DNA of 64,000 nucleotides from Dehalococcoidia bacterium (GTDB lineage Bacteria > Chloroflexota > Dehalococcoidia > UBA2979). The DNA lies in the NCBI GenBank assembly GCA_964291495.2, contig OZ219871.1:256001-320000 (forward strand), given 5' to 3'. Under the pieces are notes generated by a model. That model saw only the letters and a list, made by a program, of their open reading frames with translations. It made no database searches and was not told where the DNA came from. Both the position numbers and the translations under genes were made by a program. This document shows positions 49,149 to 58,525 of the stretch, piece by piece (the stretch's first letter is position 1; every line of letters begins with the position of its first letter).

Positions 49149-49853
49149 ATGGCTGACCGACACGCCAAGACCAGAAAGGCATACGAGCTGCTCCGCGAGC
49201 GGAACGGCGAGACCGTGACGATCGGTCAGTTGATGGCCCGAACCGGATGGGCAAGAGACACCGCCAGAACTTACGTCACGAAGCACTGGCGTCCTTGGCT
49301 GCGGCGAGTCGCAGCTGGAACCTATCGCGTGGATGGCTTCGCGTTGATCTCCGAGGATGAGTTCATCCGGCGCCAGTCGCAGGTGAAGTCAGACAACTAC
49401 GGTGAAGCAGCGCTGCTGCGGGACCTTCTCGACGAGGCACTGCGCGCTGGTGAGGGGCAGCGCTACGAGTTCAAGGAAGAGATGCCGGAGCAAGGCCACA
49501 GCCTCGGGAGAGAGATTGCAGCGCTTGCCACAAGTGGCGGCGGGACCATCTTTCTAGGTGTGAGCGACGCGCCCGCAGTGATCGGGTTGGTCGGCTTGGG
49601 TGACGCGAAGTCACGAACTGACTTCAGGGAGCGTGTTGAGGGGATCGCTAGGACCGTGCAACCGGCGGTCTCACCACTCATAGACTATGTCGACTATGGC
49701 GGCGCGACTCTGTGCCTTGCCCGAGTGCCCGACGGGGCCGAGCCCGTGTACTACTACGACCATCGCCCCTACATCCGAATTGGCAGCCAATCGAGGCCGG
49801 CTACGCCTGCCGAGGTCAAGGACTTGATCCGTAACCACGCCGACGCGCTGTAG
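49149..49853 (+). CDS. Schlafen AlbA_2-domain protein with N-terminal HTH-like region
   Basis: GEGQRYEFKE, IAALATSGGGTIFLGVSD, PYIRIGSQSRPA; atypical codon usage. Confidence 0.8.
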   Translation: MADRHAKTRKAYELLRERNGETVTIGQLMARTGWARDTARTYVTKHWRPWLRRVAAGTYRVDGFALISEDEFIRRQSQVKSDNYGEAALLRDLLDEALRAGEGQRYEFKEEMPEQGHSLGREIAALATSGGGTIFLGVSDAPAVIGLVGLGDAKSRTDFRERVEGIARTVQPAVSPLIDYVDYGGATLCLARVPDGAEPVYYYDHRPYIRIGSQSRPATPAEVKDLIRNHADAL

Positions 49854-49901
49854 CCCTCGCGGCGCAGTGCGGCAGCGAGGGACGGCTGTTACGCTCGAAG
49901 C

Positions 49902-50627
49902 GTGATTGCCGATCCCGCAGCGCCGGTGACCGGAACCCTTCCACCGCTCTGGCGCGTGCGCGACATGGTCTCCGCCCTCGCCGTTGTCGTCCTGGCGTTC
50001 GCTGCCCTCGGCGTGCTCTTCGCCGTGACCGCGGACGGGGGCGCGAGTGTCGAGGGCGTCACCCCCGCCGGCGCGGGCGCCATCCTCGGCTTCAACCTGC
50101 TGCTCGTCGCCACGGTGCTGGCGCTCGCGTCGCGGCGAGGCATCACGACGGCGGACCTCGGGTTCGTGCGGCCCCGCGTCTGGGGTCCGCTGGCGATCGC
50201 CTGGGCCGGCGCCTACGTGATCCTGATCTGCTACGTGGCGGTGATCGCGCTGCTCGAGGCGTTCGGGCTTTCCGTCGACGCATTCAAGGGAACCAACACG
50301 ATCGACTTCGACCACAGCCGCGTCGTGCTCGTCGTGGCGCTCGGCCTCGCGACCATCGTCGGCGCGCCGTTCGGCGAGGAGCTGCTGTTCCGCGGGCTGC
50401 TGCACCGTGGGCTGCGCGGCTACTGGCGGAGGTTTCCGGCGATGTCTCTCAGCGGGGCGCTCTTCAGCGTCTTTCACCTGAACCTCGCCGTGCTCGTACC
50501 GTTCGCCTTCATCGGGGCGCTGTGGGCGTGGGCCTACGAGGAGTCCGGCTCGATCTGGACGACTATCGCGGCGCATGCCGGCGTCAACAGCGTCGCGTTC
50601 ATCGCTACACTGCTGTTCCTGGAGTGA
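49902..50627 (+). CDS. CPBP (Abi/CAAX) intramembrane metalloprotease
   Basis: PFGEELLFRG, FSVFH, AAHAGVN. Confidence 0.88.
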   Translation: MIADPAAPVTGTLPPLWRVRDMVSALAVVVLAFAALGVLFAVTADGGASVEGVTPAGAGAILGFNLLLVATVLALASRRGITTADLGFVRPRVWGPLAIAWAGAYVILICYVAVIALLEAFGLSVDAFKGTNTIDFDHSRVVLVVALGLATIVGAPFGEELLFRGLLHRGLRGYWRRFPAMSLSGALFSVFHLNLAVLVPFAFIGALWAWAYEESGSIWTTIAAHAGVNSVAFIATLLFLE

Positions 50628-50635
50628 ACCAACCG

Positions 50636-51451
50636 ATGAGTGATCGCATCGCGAAGCTGTTCGAGCGGACGCGGGCCGAGGGCCGCCCGGCGCTGATCGC
50701 CTTCGTCCCCGGCTGCTGGCCGGAGCCGGACGCCACGCCCGGCATCGTGCGCGCGCTGCTCGAGGGCGGCGCGGACGCCGTCGAGCTGGGCGTGCCCTTC
50801 AGCGACCCGCTCGCCGACGGCGTCACCAACCAGGCTGCCTACCAACAGGCGCTCGACGCCGGCGTGACGCCGCACGACGTGCTCGCCAGCGTCCGGGCCC
50901 TGCGCGATGACGGCGTCTCCGCCCCGCTGCTGCTGATGGGATACTTCAACCCGATGCTGGCCTCGGGAACGGAGTCGTTCACGCGAGCGGCCGCCGAGGC
51001 CGGGGTCGACGGGCTGATCGTCGTTGACCTGCCCGTCGAGGAGGCTGCGGAACTGGCGGAGCCGGCGAAGGCGCACGGCGTGCACCTCGTCTACCTGCTG
51101 GCGCCGACCTCGACCGCGGAGCGCATCGCAGCGGTCGGCGAGCACGGCAGCGGCTTCGTCTACTGCGTGAGCGTCACCGGCGTGACCGGGGCGCGCGCGC
51201 AGGTTTCCGAGGAGCTCCCGGCGTTCATCGCACGGGTGCGCGAGGACGCCGCGCTCCCGCTTGCGGTTGGCTTCGGCATCTCGGCGCGCGAGCATGTCGA
51301 GGAGGTCGCCCGCGTCGCCGACGCCGCGATCGTGGGGAGTGCGGTGGTGCAGACGATCAGCGAGGCGCCCCCCGAGCGGCGGCATGAGGCGGTGCGCGGC
51401 CTGATGGAGCGCCTGAGCGGACGAGCGACGGCAAAGGCGGCGGCGTCATGA
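50636..51451 (+). CDS. trpA: Tryptophan synthase alpha chain
   Basis: ELGVPFSDPLADG, MGYFNP, VDLP, GVTG, VGFGIS. Confidence 0.96.
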   Translation: MSDRIAKLFERTRAEGRPALIAFVPGCWPEPDATPGIVRALLEGGADAVELGVPFSDPLADGVTNQAAYQQALDAGVTPHDVLASVRALRDDGVSAPLLLMGYFNPMLASGTESFTRAAAEAGVDGLIVVDLPVEEAAELAEPAKAHGVHLVYLLAPTSTAERIAAVGEHGSGFVYCVSVTGVTGARAQVSEELPAFIARVREDAALPLAVGFGISAREHVEEVARVADAAIVGSAVVQTISEAPPERRHEAVRGLMERLSGRATAKAAAS

Positions 51452-51837
51452 TGGTTCGCGGCATCCGGGGCGCCACGTCGGTTCGCGCGAACACCCGCGA
51501 GGCGATCATCGAGGCGGCCACGGAGCTGCTCCGGGCCGTCACCGACGCCAACGACGTGGAGCGCTCGCACATCGCCTCGGTGTTCTTCACCACGACGCCG
51601 GACCTCAACGCCGAGTTCCCCGCAGTCGCCGCGCGCGAGGCGGGGTGGACCGACGTGCCGCTGCTGTGCGGCCACGAGATGGCGGTGCCGGGAGGCCTGC
51701 CGCGCTGCCTGCGGCTACTGATGCACGTCAACACGGACCGCCCGCCCGAGGAGATCCAGCACGTCTACCTGCATGAAGCCGCGACGCTGCGCCCCGACAT
51801 CTCCTCGCAGGGCGGTGGGGGGTACGGCGGCCCGTGA
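51448..51837 (+). CDS. aroH: Chorismate mutase, AroH class
   Basis: RGIRGAT, FTTTPDLNAEFPA, PLLCGHE, YLHEA..LRPD. Confidence 0.94.
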   Translation: MMVRGIRGATSVRANTREAIIEAATELLRAVTDANDVERSHIASVFFTTTPDLNAEFPAVAAREAGWTDVPLLCGHEMAVPGGLPRCLRLLMHVNTDRPPEEIQHVYLHEAATLRPDISSQGGGGYGGP

Positions 51838-52874
51838 TCGTCGTCATGCGCATCGACAGCAGCGAGGAGCACGGCGACGCCGTGATCCAGCGCATCGAGT
51901 CCTTCGGGCTGCGCGGCGAGGTCATCCACGGCGAGCAGCGCAAGGTCATCGCCGTCCTCGGGCAGGTCTTCCCGGACCTGCGCGACGAACTGGCGACGAT
52001 GGTGGGCGTGGACCAGGTGCTGCGCGTCTCGCGCCCCTACAAGCTCGCCAGCCGCGAGGTGCGCGAGCGCGACACCGTTGTCGATCTCCCTTACGGCGTG
52101 AGCATCGGGACCGGGCGGCCGGTGGTCATGGCCGGACCGTGCGCGATCGAGTCGGAGGAGCAGTTGCGGGAAACCGCGGCGCAGGTCAAGCAGGCCGGGG
52201 CGCACATCCTTCGCGGAGGCGCCTTCAAGCCGCGCACCTCGCCCTACTCCTTCCACGGGCTCGGCCTCGAGGCGCTCGAGATGCTGCAGCGCGCGGGCCG
52301 GGAGTACCAGATGCCGGTGATCACCGAGCTGCTCTCCGAGCGCGACGTGGACGTCGTCGCAGAGCACTCGGACGTGCTCCAGATCGGTACCCGCAACATG
52401 CAGAACTTCGTGCTGCTCTCCGAGGCCGGCAAGACGGGCAAGCCCGTGATGCTGAAGCGCGGGCTCTCCGCCACGATCGAGGAGTGGCTGCTCTCCGCCG
52501 AGTACATCCTGACGCAGGGCAACGGCGACGTGATCCTCTGCGAGCGCGGCGTCCGTACCTTCGAGACCGCCACGCGCAACACGCTCGACCTCAACGCCGT
52601 CGCGCTCGTCAAGCGGCTCAGCCACCTGCCGGTCGTCGTCGACCCCTCGCACGGGACGGGGCACTGGTACCTCGTGCGGCCGATGGCGACCGCCGGGCTC
52701 GCAGTCGGCGCGGACGGGCTGATGATCGAGGTCCACCCGGACCCGGACCGGGCGCTCTCCGACGGCGCGCAGTCGCTCACCCCGGAGCACTTCGACGAGC
52801 TGATGCAGGAGGCCTCGGCGCTCGGGCGCGCCATCGGCCGCCCGCTCGCCGAGCGCCCGCGTGTCGCGGTCTGA
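51834..52874 (+). CDS. aroF: DAHP synthase (type I-beta, N-terminal regulatory domain)
   Basis: AGPCAIE, RGGAFKPRTSPY, GTRNMQN, LCERG, DPSH. Confidence 0.95.
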   Translation: MIVVMRIDSSEEHGDAVIQRIESFGLRGEVIHGEQRKVIAVLGQVFPDLRDELATMVGVDQVLRVSRPYKLASREVRERDTVVDLPYGVSIGTGRPVVMAGPCAIESEEQLRETAAQVKQAGAHILRGGAFKPRTSPYSFHGLGLEALEMLQRAGREYQMPVITELLSERDVDVVAEHSDVLQIGTRNMQNFVLLSEAGKTGKPVMLKRGLSATIEEWLLSAEYILTQGNGDVILCERGVRTFETATRNTLDLNAVALVKRLSHLPVVVDPSHGTGHWYLVRPMATAGLAVGADGLMIEVHPDPDRALSDGAQSLTPEHFDELMQEASALGRAIGRPLAERPRVAV

Positions 52875-52888
52875 GGGCGGCGCACTCG

Positions 52889-53746
52889 ATGACCGCCCAG
52901 CACTCCGCCGAGCACCCAGCCCCGGACGAGGCCCCGACAACGGCAGCCGGCGACGCCGCCGCCCCCTCCGACGCCGAGGCGCAGCAGGGGGATCTCTTCG
53001 CCCTCGATCTGCCGAAGTTCCAGGGGCCGCTCGAGCTGCTGCTGCACCTGATCGAGCGTCGCGAGCTGGACATCACCGAGGTCTCGCTCGTCGCCGTCAC
53101 GGAGCAGTACCTGGCGCACGTGCGCGAGGGCGAGCGCATCGACCTCGGCGCGCTCGCCTCGTTCATCGCGATGGGCGCACGGCTGCTGCTGCTCAAGTCC
53201 CGCGCGCTGCTCCCGCGCGATCCCGAGGACGAAGACGAGGCCGAGGACAGCGACCCGCAGGCGCTGCTCGACGCGCTGGCCGAGTACCGCCGCTACCGCG
53301 AGGCCGCCGAGCACCTGCGCGACCTCGAGACCGAGCACCGCACCGGCTACCGCCGCGAGGCCGCCCCGCCCGAGTTGCCGCTCCCGAGCGGCCTCGACGG
53401 CGTCACCACGGACCAGCTCTACGCGCTGTTCCGCGAGGTGCTGGAGCGGCTCCCCGAGGAGGAGCCGCCAACCGAGGTGGAGCGCGAGGCCGTGCTGCTG
53501 CGCGATCGCGTCTCGTTGCTGACGGAGCGCCTGGAGCGCGAGCGCACGATCCCGTTCCGCGAGCTGATCGGCGCGGCCACCTCGCGGGTCATGGTGATCG
53601 TCGACTTCCTCGCGGTGCTGGAGCTGATCCGCCGCCGCTACCTGGAGGCGCGCCAGGACGAGGCGTTCGGCGAGATCACCCTCGCCCGCATCCAGGGCGC
53701 CACGCCGCCACCACTGGTCTCCACAACGGACTTCACCGAGGGCTAG
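52889..53746 (+). CDS. scpA: Segregation and condensation protein A
   Basis: FQGPLELLLHLI, LKSRALLP, FLAVLELI, QDEAFGEI. Confidence 0.92.
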   Translation: MTAQHSAEHPAPDEAPTTAAGDAAAPSDAEAQQGDLFALDLPKFQGPLELLLHLIERRELDITEVSLVAVTEQYLAHVREGERIDLGALASFIAMGARLLLLKSRALLPRDPEDEDEAEDSDPQALLDALAEYRRYREAAEHLRDLETEHRTGYRREAAPPELPLPSGLDGVTTDQLYALFREVLERLPEEEPPTEVEREAVLLRDRVSLLTERLERERTIPFRELIGAATSRVMVIVDFLAVLELIRRRYLEARQDEAFGEITLARIQGATPPPLVSTTDFTEG

Positions 53747-53912
53747 CCGAGGCCGCGGACACACGCCCGTTTGAAGCGGCGGCCGTCTGGGCTTATGTCG
53801 CTAACCAGGCAGGGGGCACATCCTTCGGCGTGACCCTTGGGCCATACTGAAGAAGAGCTACCAGGGCACGTACCACCTGCATAGAGAGTGCCCCAGAGAG
53901 GTCGCTGGCGAG

Positions 53913-54665
53913 ATGAACACCTGTATTCTCGGTGCGACCGGCAGCATCGCTTTTGAGTTGACCGTTCACCTGTTGCAGACCGGTTCCGGCGTGCTCGCGG
54001 TTGTGCGCGACGCCGACAAGCTGCGGCGGATGCTCGGGGAGCGCGGATTCGCCCCTGACCCTGATGCGCTGTCCGTTGTCGAGCAGGACCTGTTCGCAGG
54101 GCCGGGCGTCACCGCCACGCCCCTGTCTCAAGAGATGCTGGACTGCGAGTACATCTTCAACATGGCCTCCAAGCCTGTCTCGTTGGCGCCCTGGTCACGG
54201 GTCAACCGTGAATGGGGCAGCGCCGTCTCATCGCTGACACGGGAGCTCGTGGAGACTGCCTCGGTGGCGGGGGTGAAGCCACACATCGTGGCCTTCTGCG
54301 GGACAGAGCAGTTCGCGGGATACGACAGCAACATCAGCCTCCTACAGAAGGTCCTGCCGAAGGTGCTGAACAGGATGAGCGCAGCCCTGCGCGACAATCA
54401 CGATGAGGCGATGTTCCTCCTCACCTCGGGATACGGACGCTGGAGCGTGCTCCGCTGTGGCAGCATCCGGCCACATACCGGCCAACCCGGAGACGCCAGC
54501 CGGATCGGGATGGACCTGCACGAAGACGGCAGCGACTACCGGAGTGGCAGGGGCAAATCACTGGTCGTCGAGGACCTTGCGGCCTACCTCGCCCGCGCAA
54601 TCCAGAACGGAACACTCTCGGGATTCGAGACAGAAATGCCTTTCCTCTTCAACACCCGCTTCTAG
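53913..54665 (+). CDS. NAD(P)-binding Rossmann protein (atypical SDR-like)
   Basis: ILGATGSIA, AVVRDADKL, WSVLR; lower GC. Confidence 0.7.
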   Translation: MNTCILGATGSIAFELTVHLLQTGSGVLAVVRDADKLRRMLGERGFAPDPDALSVVEQDLFAGPGVTATPLSQEMLDCEYIFNMASKPVSLAPWSRVNREWGSAVSSLTRELVETASVAGVKPHIVAFCGTEQFAGYDSNISLLQKVLPKVLNRMSAALRDNHDEAMFLLTSGYGRWSVLRCGSIRPHTGQPGDASRIGMDLHEDGSDYRSGRGKSLVVEDLAAYLARAIQNGTLSGFETEMPFLFNTRF

Positions 54666-54778
54666 GGGACGTCAAGTTAGGGTTACAATCCGCGGCCGTT
54701 TGAGCAGCGATCATGCCGGTGCTACGATCGATGCTCACGGCCGCGCCGACGGCGGCCATGAGGGGGCCAGTCCGCCAC

Positions 54779-55699
54779 GTGCTGCTGATTCGCGAGGAAC
54801 TGCGCCGCGCGTCCACGCCGGGCGCCCACGCCCTGACACTCGGCGTCTTCGACGGCGTGCATCGCGGCCACCGGATGCTCTTCGAGCGTCTGCGCGCCGA
54901 GGCCGCGGCCCGCCAGCTCGGCGCCGGCATCGTCACCTTCCACCCCCACCCGATCACCGTGCTCCGCCCCGACATAGAGATCTCCTACCTCACCTCCCTC
55001 GAAACCCGCGTCGAACAGCTCCGCACCACGGGCGTCGACTTCGTCGCCGTCGTGCAGTTCACCTCGGAGCTCGCGCAGGTCTCGGCGGAGGACTTCGCGC
55101 GCATCCTCATCGAGGAGACCGGCCTGAAGCTGATCGTCACCGGGCGCGACTTCGCGCTCGGCCGCAACCGCGAGGGCACGCCCGAGCGCCTCGCAGAGCT
55201 GGGCCTCGACCTCGGCTTCGAGGTGCACCCGATCGACCTGCTGCCGGAGGACGGCGCCCCGGTCTCTTCGACGCGCGTACGCGAGGCGCTGGCCGGCGGC
55301 GCGATGGCCGAGGCGGCGGAGCTGCTCGGCCGCCCGTTCGCGCTGCGCGGCCCGATCGTCCGCGGCGACGAGCGCGGCCGCACGATCGGCTTCCCGACCA
55401 TCAACCTCGGACTCAGCCCGGACCTCGCGCTCCCCGCCGACGGCGTCTACGTCTCGCGCACCGAGGTCGGCGGGCGCCGCCTCGAGAGCTGCACGAATAT
55501 CGGGATGCGGCCGACGTTCGCGGGCGTGCGGCGCTCGGTGGAGACACACCTGCTGGACTTCGAGGGCGACCTCTACGACCGGATCGCCTCGGTGGAGTTG
55601 CTGCACCGGCTGCGCCCGGAGCAGAAGTTCGACGGCCCGGAGGCGCTGATCGCCCAGATCCGCCGGGATGTCGAGGAGACGCGAGCCTGGTTCGCATGA
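54779..55699 (+). CDS. ribF: Bifunctional riboflavin kinase/FAD synthetase (start uncertain, 54713-54779)
   Basis: GVFDGVHRGH, TFHPHP, VSSTRVR, GRTIGFPT, ETHLLDF, LRPEQKF. Confidence 0.94.
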   Translation: MLLIREELRRASTPGAHALTLGVFDGVHRGHRMLFERLRAEAAARQLGAGIVTFHPHPITVLRPDIEISYLTSLETRVEQLRTTGVDFVAVVQFTSELAQVSAEDFARILIEETGLKLIVTGRDFALGRNREGTPERLAELGLDLGFEVHPIDLLPEDGAPVSSTRVREALAGGAMAEAAELLGRPFALRGPIVRGDERGRTIGFPTINLGLSPDLALPADGVYVSRTEVGGRRLESCTNIGMRPTFAGVRRSVETHLLDFEGDLYDRIASVELLHRLRPEQKFDGPEALIAQIRRDVEETRAWFA

Positions 55700-56916
55700 G
55701 CGCCTCGATCGAGCAGCAGGCGGCCGCGATCATGCGCGGCGCGGAGTTCGGCGACGAAGCCACGCGCCAGACGATGGAGCGTGAGTTGCGCGAGCGCCTC
55801 GCCGAGGGCCGCCCGCTGCGCGTCTACTGCGGCTACGACCCGACCGCCGTCGACCTGCACCTCGGCCACACGCTGACGATGCGCAAGCTGCGCACCTTCC
55901 AGGACTTCGGCCACGAGGTCACGTTCCTGATTGGCAACTTCACCGGCCTCGTCGGCGACCCCTCGGACACCGACAAGACGCGCCCGATGCTCTCGCCGGA
56001 GAAGCTCGAGGAGAACAGCCAGACCTACGTGGACCAGGCGTTCCGCATCCTCGACCGGGAGCGCACCATCGTGCGGCGCAACGCGGACTGGCTCGGAGAG
56101 CTCAGCTTCGGCGACGTGCTGCGCCTCGCCTCGCACTTCACGGTGGCGCAGTTCCTGGAGCGCGACAACCTCGCCCGCCGCTTCGAGCGCCACGACCCAA
56201 TCCACGTGAGCGAGTTCCTCTACGCGCTGATGCAGGCCTACGACGCCGTCGCGATGGAGACCGACGTGCAGGTCGGTGGCAGCGACCAACTCTTCAACCT
56301 CATGGCCGGCCGCGTGCTGCAACGCGAGTACGGCCAGCAGCCGCAGATCGCGATCACGCTGCCGATCCTCACCGGCACCGACGGCCACGAGAAGATGTCG
56401 AAGTCGCTCGGCAACCACATCGGCATCGACGAGCCTCCCAACGATCTGTTCGGCAAGGTGATGTCGATCCCGGACTCCTCGCTGCGGAACTACTTCACGC
56501 TGCTCACGAACCTCTCCGACGTGGAGATCGAGGCGCTGCTCGCCGGCGCCCCGATGGAGGCCAAGAAGCGCCTCGCCTCCGAGATCACCGCCAGCCTGCA
56601 CGACCCCGCCGCCGCCGAGGCGGCCCGCGACTACTTCGAGTCGACGTTCCAGCGTCGCCAGACGCCCGAGGCGATGCCGGAGTACGCGCTCGGCGCCGAC
56701 GGCGACGGAGGCTCCTCGGGACGCCTCGACCATGTGCTGGTGGACGCTGACCTGGCGCAGAGCGGCGCCGAGGTGCGGCGGCTCGTCCAGCAGGGCGCCG
56801 TGCGCGTCAACGGCGAGCCGGTCGATGCATTCGACCGAGCGGTGCACCCGGGAGACGAGCTGCGCGTGGGACGCCGCCGCTTCCTGCGGCTTGTCGCGGA
56901 GGCGCCCGATGCTTGA
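55696..56916 (+). CDS. tyrS: Tyrosine--tRNA ligase
   Basis: YCGYDPT, HLGH, MQAYD, GGSDQ, KMSKS, C-terminal S4 domain. Confidence 0.96.
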   Translation: MSASIEQQAAAIMRGAEFGDEATRQTMERELRERLAEGRPLRVYCGYDPTAVDLHLGHTLTMRKLRTFQDFGHEVTFLIGNFTGLVGDPSDTDKTRPMLSPEKLEENSQTYVDQAFRILDRERTIVRRNADWLGELSFGDVLRLASHFTVAQFLERDNLARRFERHDPIHVSEFLYALMQAYDAVAMETDVQVGGSDQLFNLMAGRVLQREYGQQPQIAITLPILTGTDGHEKMSKSLGNHIGIDEPPNDLFGKVMSIPDSSLRNYFTLLTNLSDVEIEALLAGAPMEAKKRLASEITASLHDPAAAEAARDYFESTFQRRQTPEAMPEYALGADGDGGSSGRLDHVLVDADLAQSGAEVRRLVQQGAVRVNGEPVDAFDRAVHPGDELRVGRRRFLRLVAEAPDA

Positions 56917-57367
56917 CGGAGGCTACGAGCTCGACATCGAGGGCATCTGCGAAAGCGTGGACGAGGTGGAGGTCATCTCGCTCTACTTCCCGATGCTGCG
57001 CCGGACCCTGCTGATGGACACCCGCTCGGGCGACCTCGTGCGCCCCTACATCGGCATCGTCCCGATGGTCCGCACCCCCGCCGAGCGCTTCGAATCGCTG
57101 AAACGACTGCGTCCGCGGCTCCCGCGGCCGGACTCGATCACGATCGTCCCCTGGACGCGGCGCGTCGGCGCGCTGGAGGAGGCGGGCGTGTGGGAGCGCG
57201 TCCTCGCGCGCCTCGAGGACGAAGGCGGCGAGGCCGAGCTGACGCGCGCGTGCGACTGCCTCGCGGAGCTCTACGCCCTGGAGCAGCAGGAACTCGGCAA
57301 CGCCATCCGCGGCCGTCAGTACGAGACGATCTGGCGCAACCCGGAGCCGGGCTCCGCGCCGGCCTGA
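56909..57367 (+). CDS. Hypothetical protein
   Basis: Overlaps tyrS end; host-like codon usage; ISLYFP..RRTLLMDTR, RLRPRLPRPDSI. Confidence 0.65.
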   Translation: MLDGGYELDIEGICESVDEVEVISLYFPMLRRTLLMDTRSGDLVRPYIGIVPMVRTPAERFESLKRLRPRLPRPDSITIVPWTRRVGALEEAGVWERVLARLEDEGGEAELTRACDCLAELYALEQQELGNAIRGRQYETIWRNPEPGSAPA

Positions 57368-57466
57368 GGGCGGCCCTGCTGCACAGCCGTCGGAGCCCGC
57401 GCCCCCACCTAGCGTAATACGATTTGACTGCCAGTCTCCAGATCCGCATAATCTTCCGTATTACCG

Positions 57467-58324
57467 GTGATCGATGCGGTCAGGAGAATGCCCATGGTAG
57501 AAACGATGACTAGTTCCGGCGAGCCCAGTGCGGTCGCTGGTCGCCGGGAGCGCTCGACTATCGCCTTCCCCTACGGCGACCTTGAGTCCGGAATCGCGAT
57601 CGCCCGGGCGCTCCTCGATCACGGCGGGGGGCAGGGTGACCTGAACTCCCTCGCTGCGTGGGCTGAGCACAGTTCGGCGCAGAGCGGTACGTTCCGGAAC
57701 AAGGTCTACGCTGCTCGCGACTTCGGGCTCCTTGAGATCGAGAAGAACGAGATTCGGCTCTCGCAGCTAGGCCGGGACATTCTCGACTCTGGCAAGGAAG
57801 CCAGCGCTCGTTCCGAGGCCTTTCTTGCGGTCCCGCTGTACCGGGCGATCTACGAGGGGTACGAAGGCAATCTGCTCCCGAAGGATGCTGGTCTCGAAAA
57901 CAAGATGCACGCGCTCGGCGTCGCGCGGAAGCAGGTTGCTAGGGCTCGGCAGGCGTTCGCGCGTTCCGCTGATCAAGCCGGGTTCCTTGCATTCGGGCGG
58001 GACCGACTCGTTAAGCCGACGGCATCGCAGGGCACGGATCCCGGGGCGGGCGAAGACACGGGTGGGGCCGAGTCGAGTACCAGTTCCGAGTCGGGAACAC
58101 CGGCGGGCAGGAACGTAAAGACGATCGACCTCCGGAGCGGCGGCGAAGTGACGCTCAGCCTGAGTGTCGACCTCGTGTCTCTGTCGAAGCAAGACAGGGA
58201 GTTCGTGTTCAAGCTGATCGACTCGCTGAACGACTACACAGCAGGCGCTTCCACTGAGTCGGTGCCTGAAGTCAGCGATGCCGCGCTCGGAGCGCCGACA
58301 ACAGCGGAACAGGACGCTGTTTAG
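57467..58324 (+). CDS. Hypothetical protein, winged-helix-like N-terminal domain (start uncertain)
   Basis: FPY..L, AARDFGLL...LSQLG pattern; lower-GC insert. Confidence 0.65.
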   Translation: MIDAVRRMPMVETMTSSGEPSAVAGRRERSTIAFPYGDLESGIAIARALLDHGGGQGDLNSLAAWAEHSSAQSGTFRNKVYAARDFGLLEIEKNEIRLSQLGRDILDSGKEASARSEAFLAVPLYRAIYEGYEGNLLPKDAGLENKMHALGVARKQVARARQAFARSADQAGFLAFGRDRLVKPTASQGTDPGAGEDTGGAESSTSSESGTPAGRNVKTIDLRSGGEVTLSLSVDLVSLSKQDREFVFKLIDSLNDYTAGASTESVPEVSDAALGAPTTAEQDAV

Positions 58325-58333
58325 GAGACCGTG

Positions 58334-58447
58334 GGGCGGGGAGGGCCTGTTTAGGCTGGTCGGCCACCCTCCCCGCCCGGAAAGGAAGGACGGGATGCTC
58401 TCGCACCCTTGGTCGGTGGTACTCCGGGTCTGGACCCCGGAGTACCA
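58334..58447. other. Pair of 12-bp inverted repeats
   Basis: GGGCGGGGAGGG/CCCTCCCCGCCC (58334-58378); TGGTACTCCGGG/CCCGGAGTACCA (58417-58447). Confidence 0.75.
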
Positions 58448-58525
58448 TGCGGCCCTTACCTTGTTGTCTAGGCTAACACGAACCTGAGTCGGCCCCGGCG
58501 GCACCCGCCCGAACAGCGCGACAGC

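Noticed and set aside
49070-49856. Similar ends of trpB (ADALGVTL*) and the AlbA_2 gene (HADAL*) as a target duplication
   Set aside because: The matches are only about 9-11 nt in very GC-rich DNA, so chance cannot be excluded
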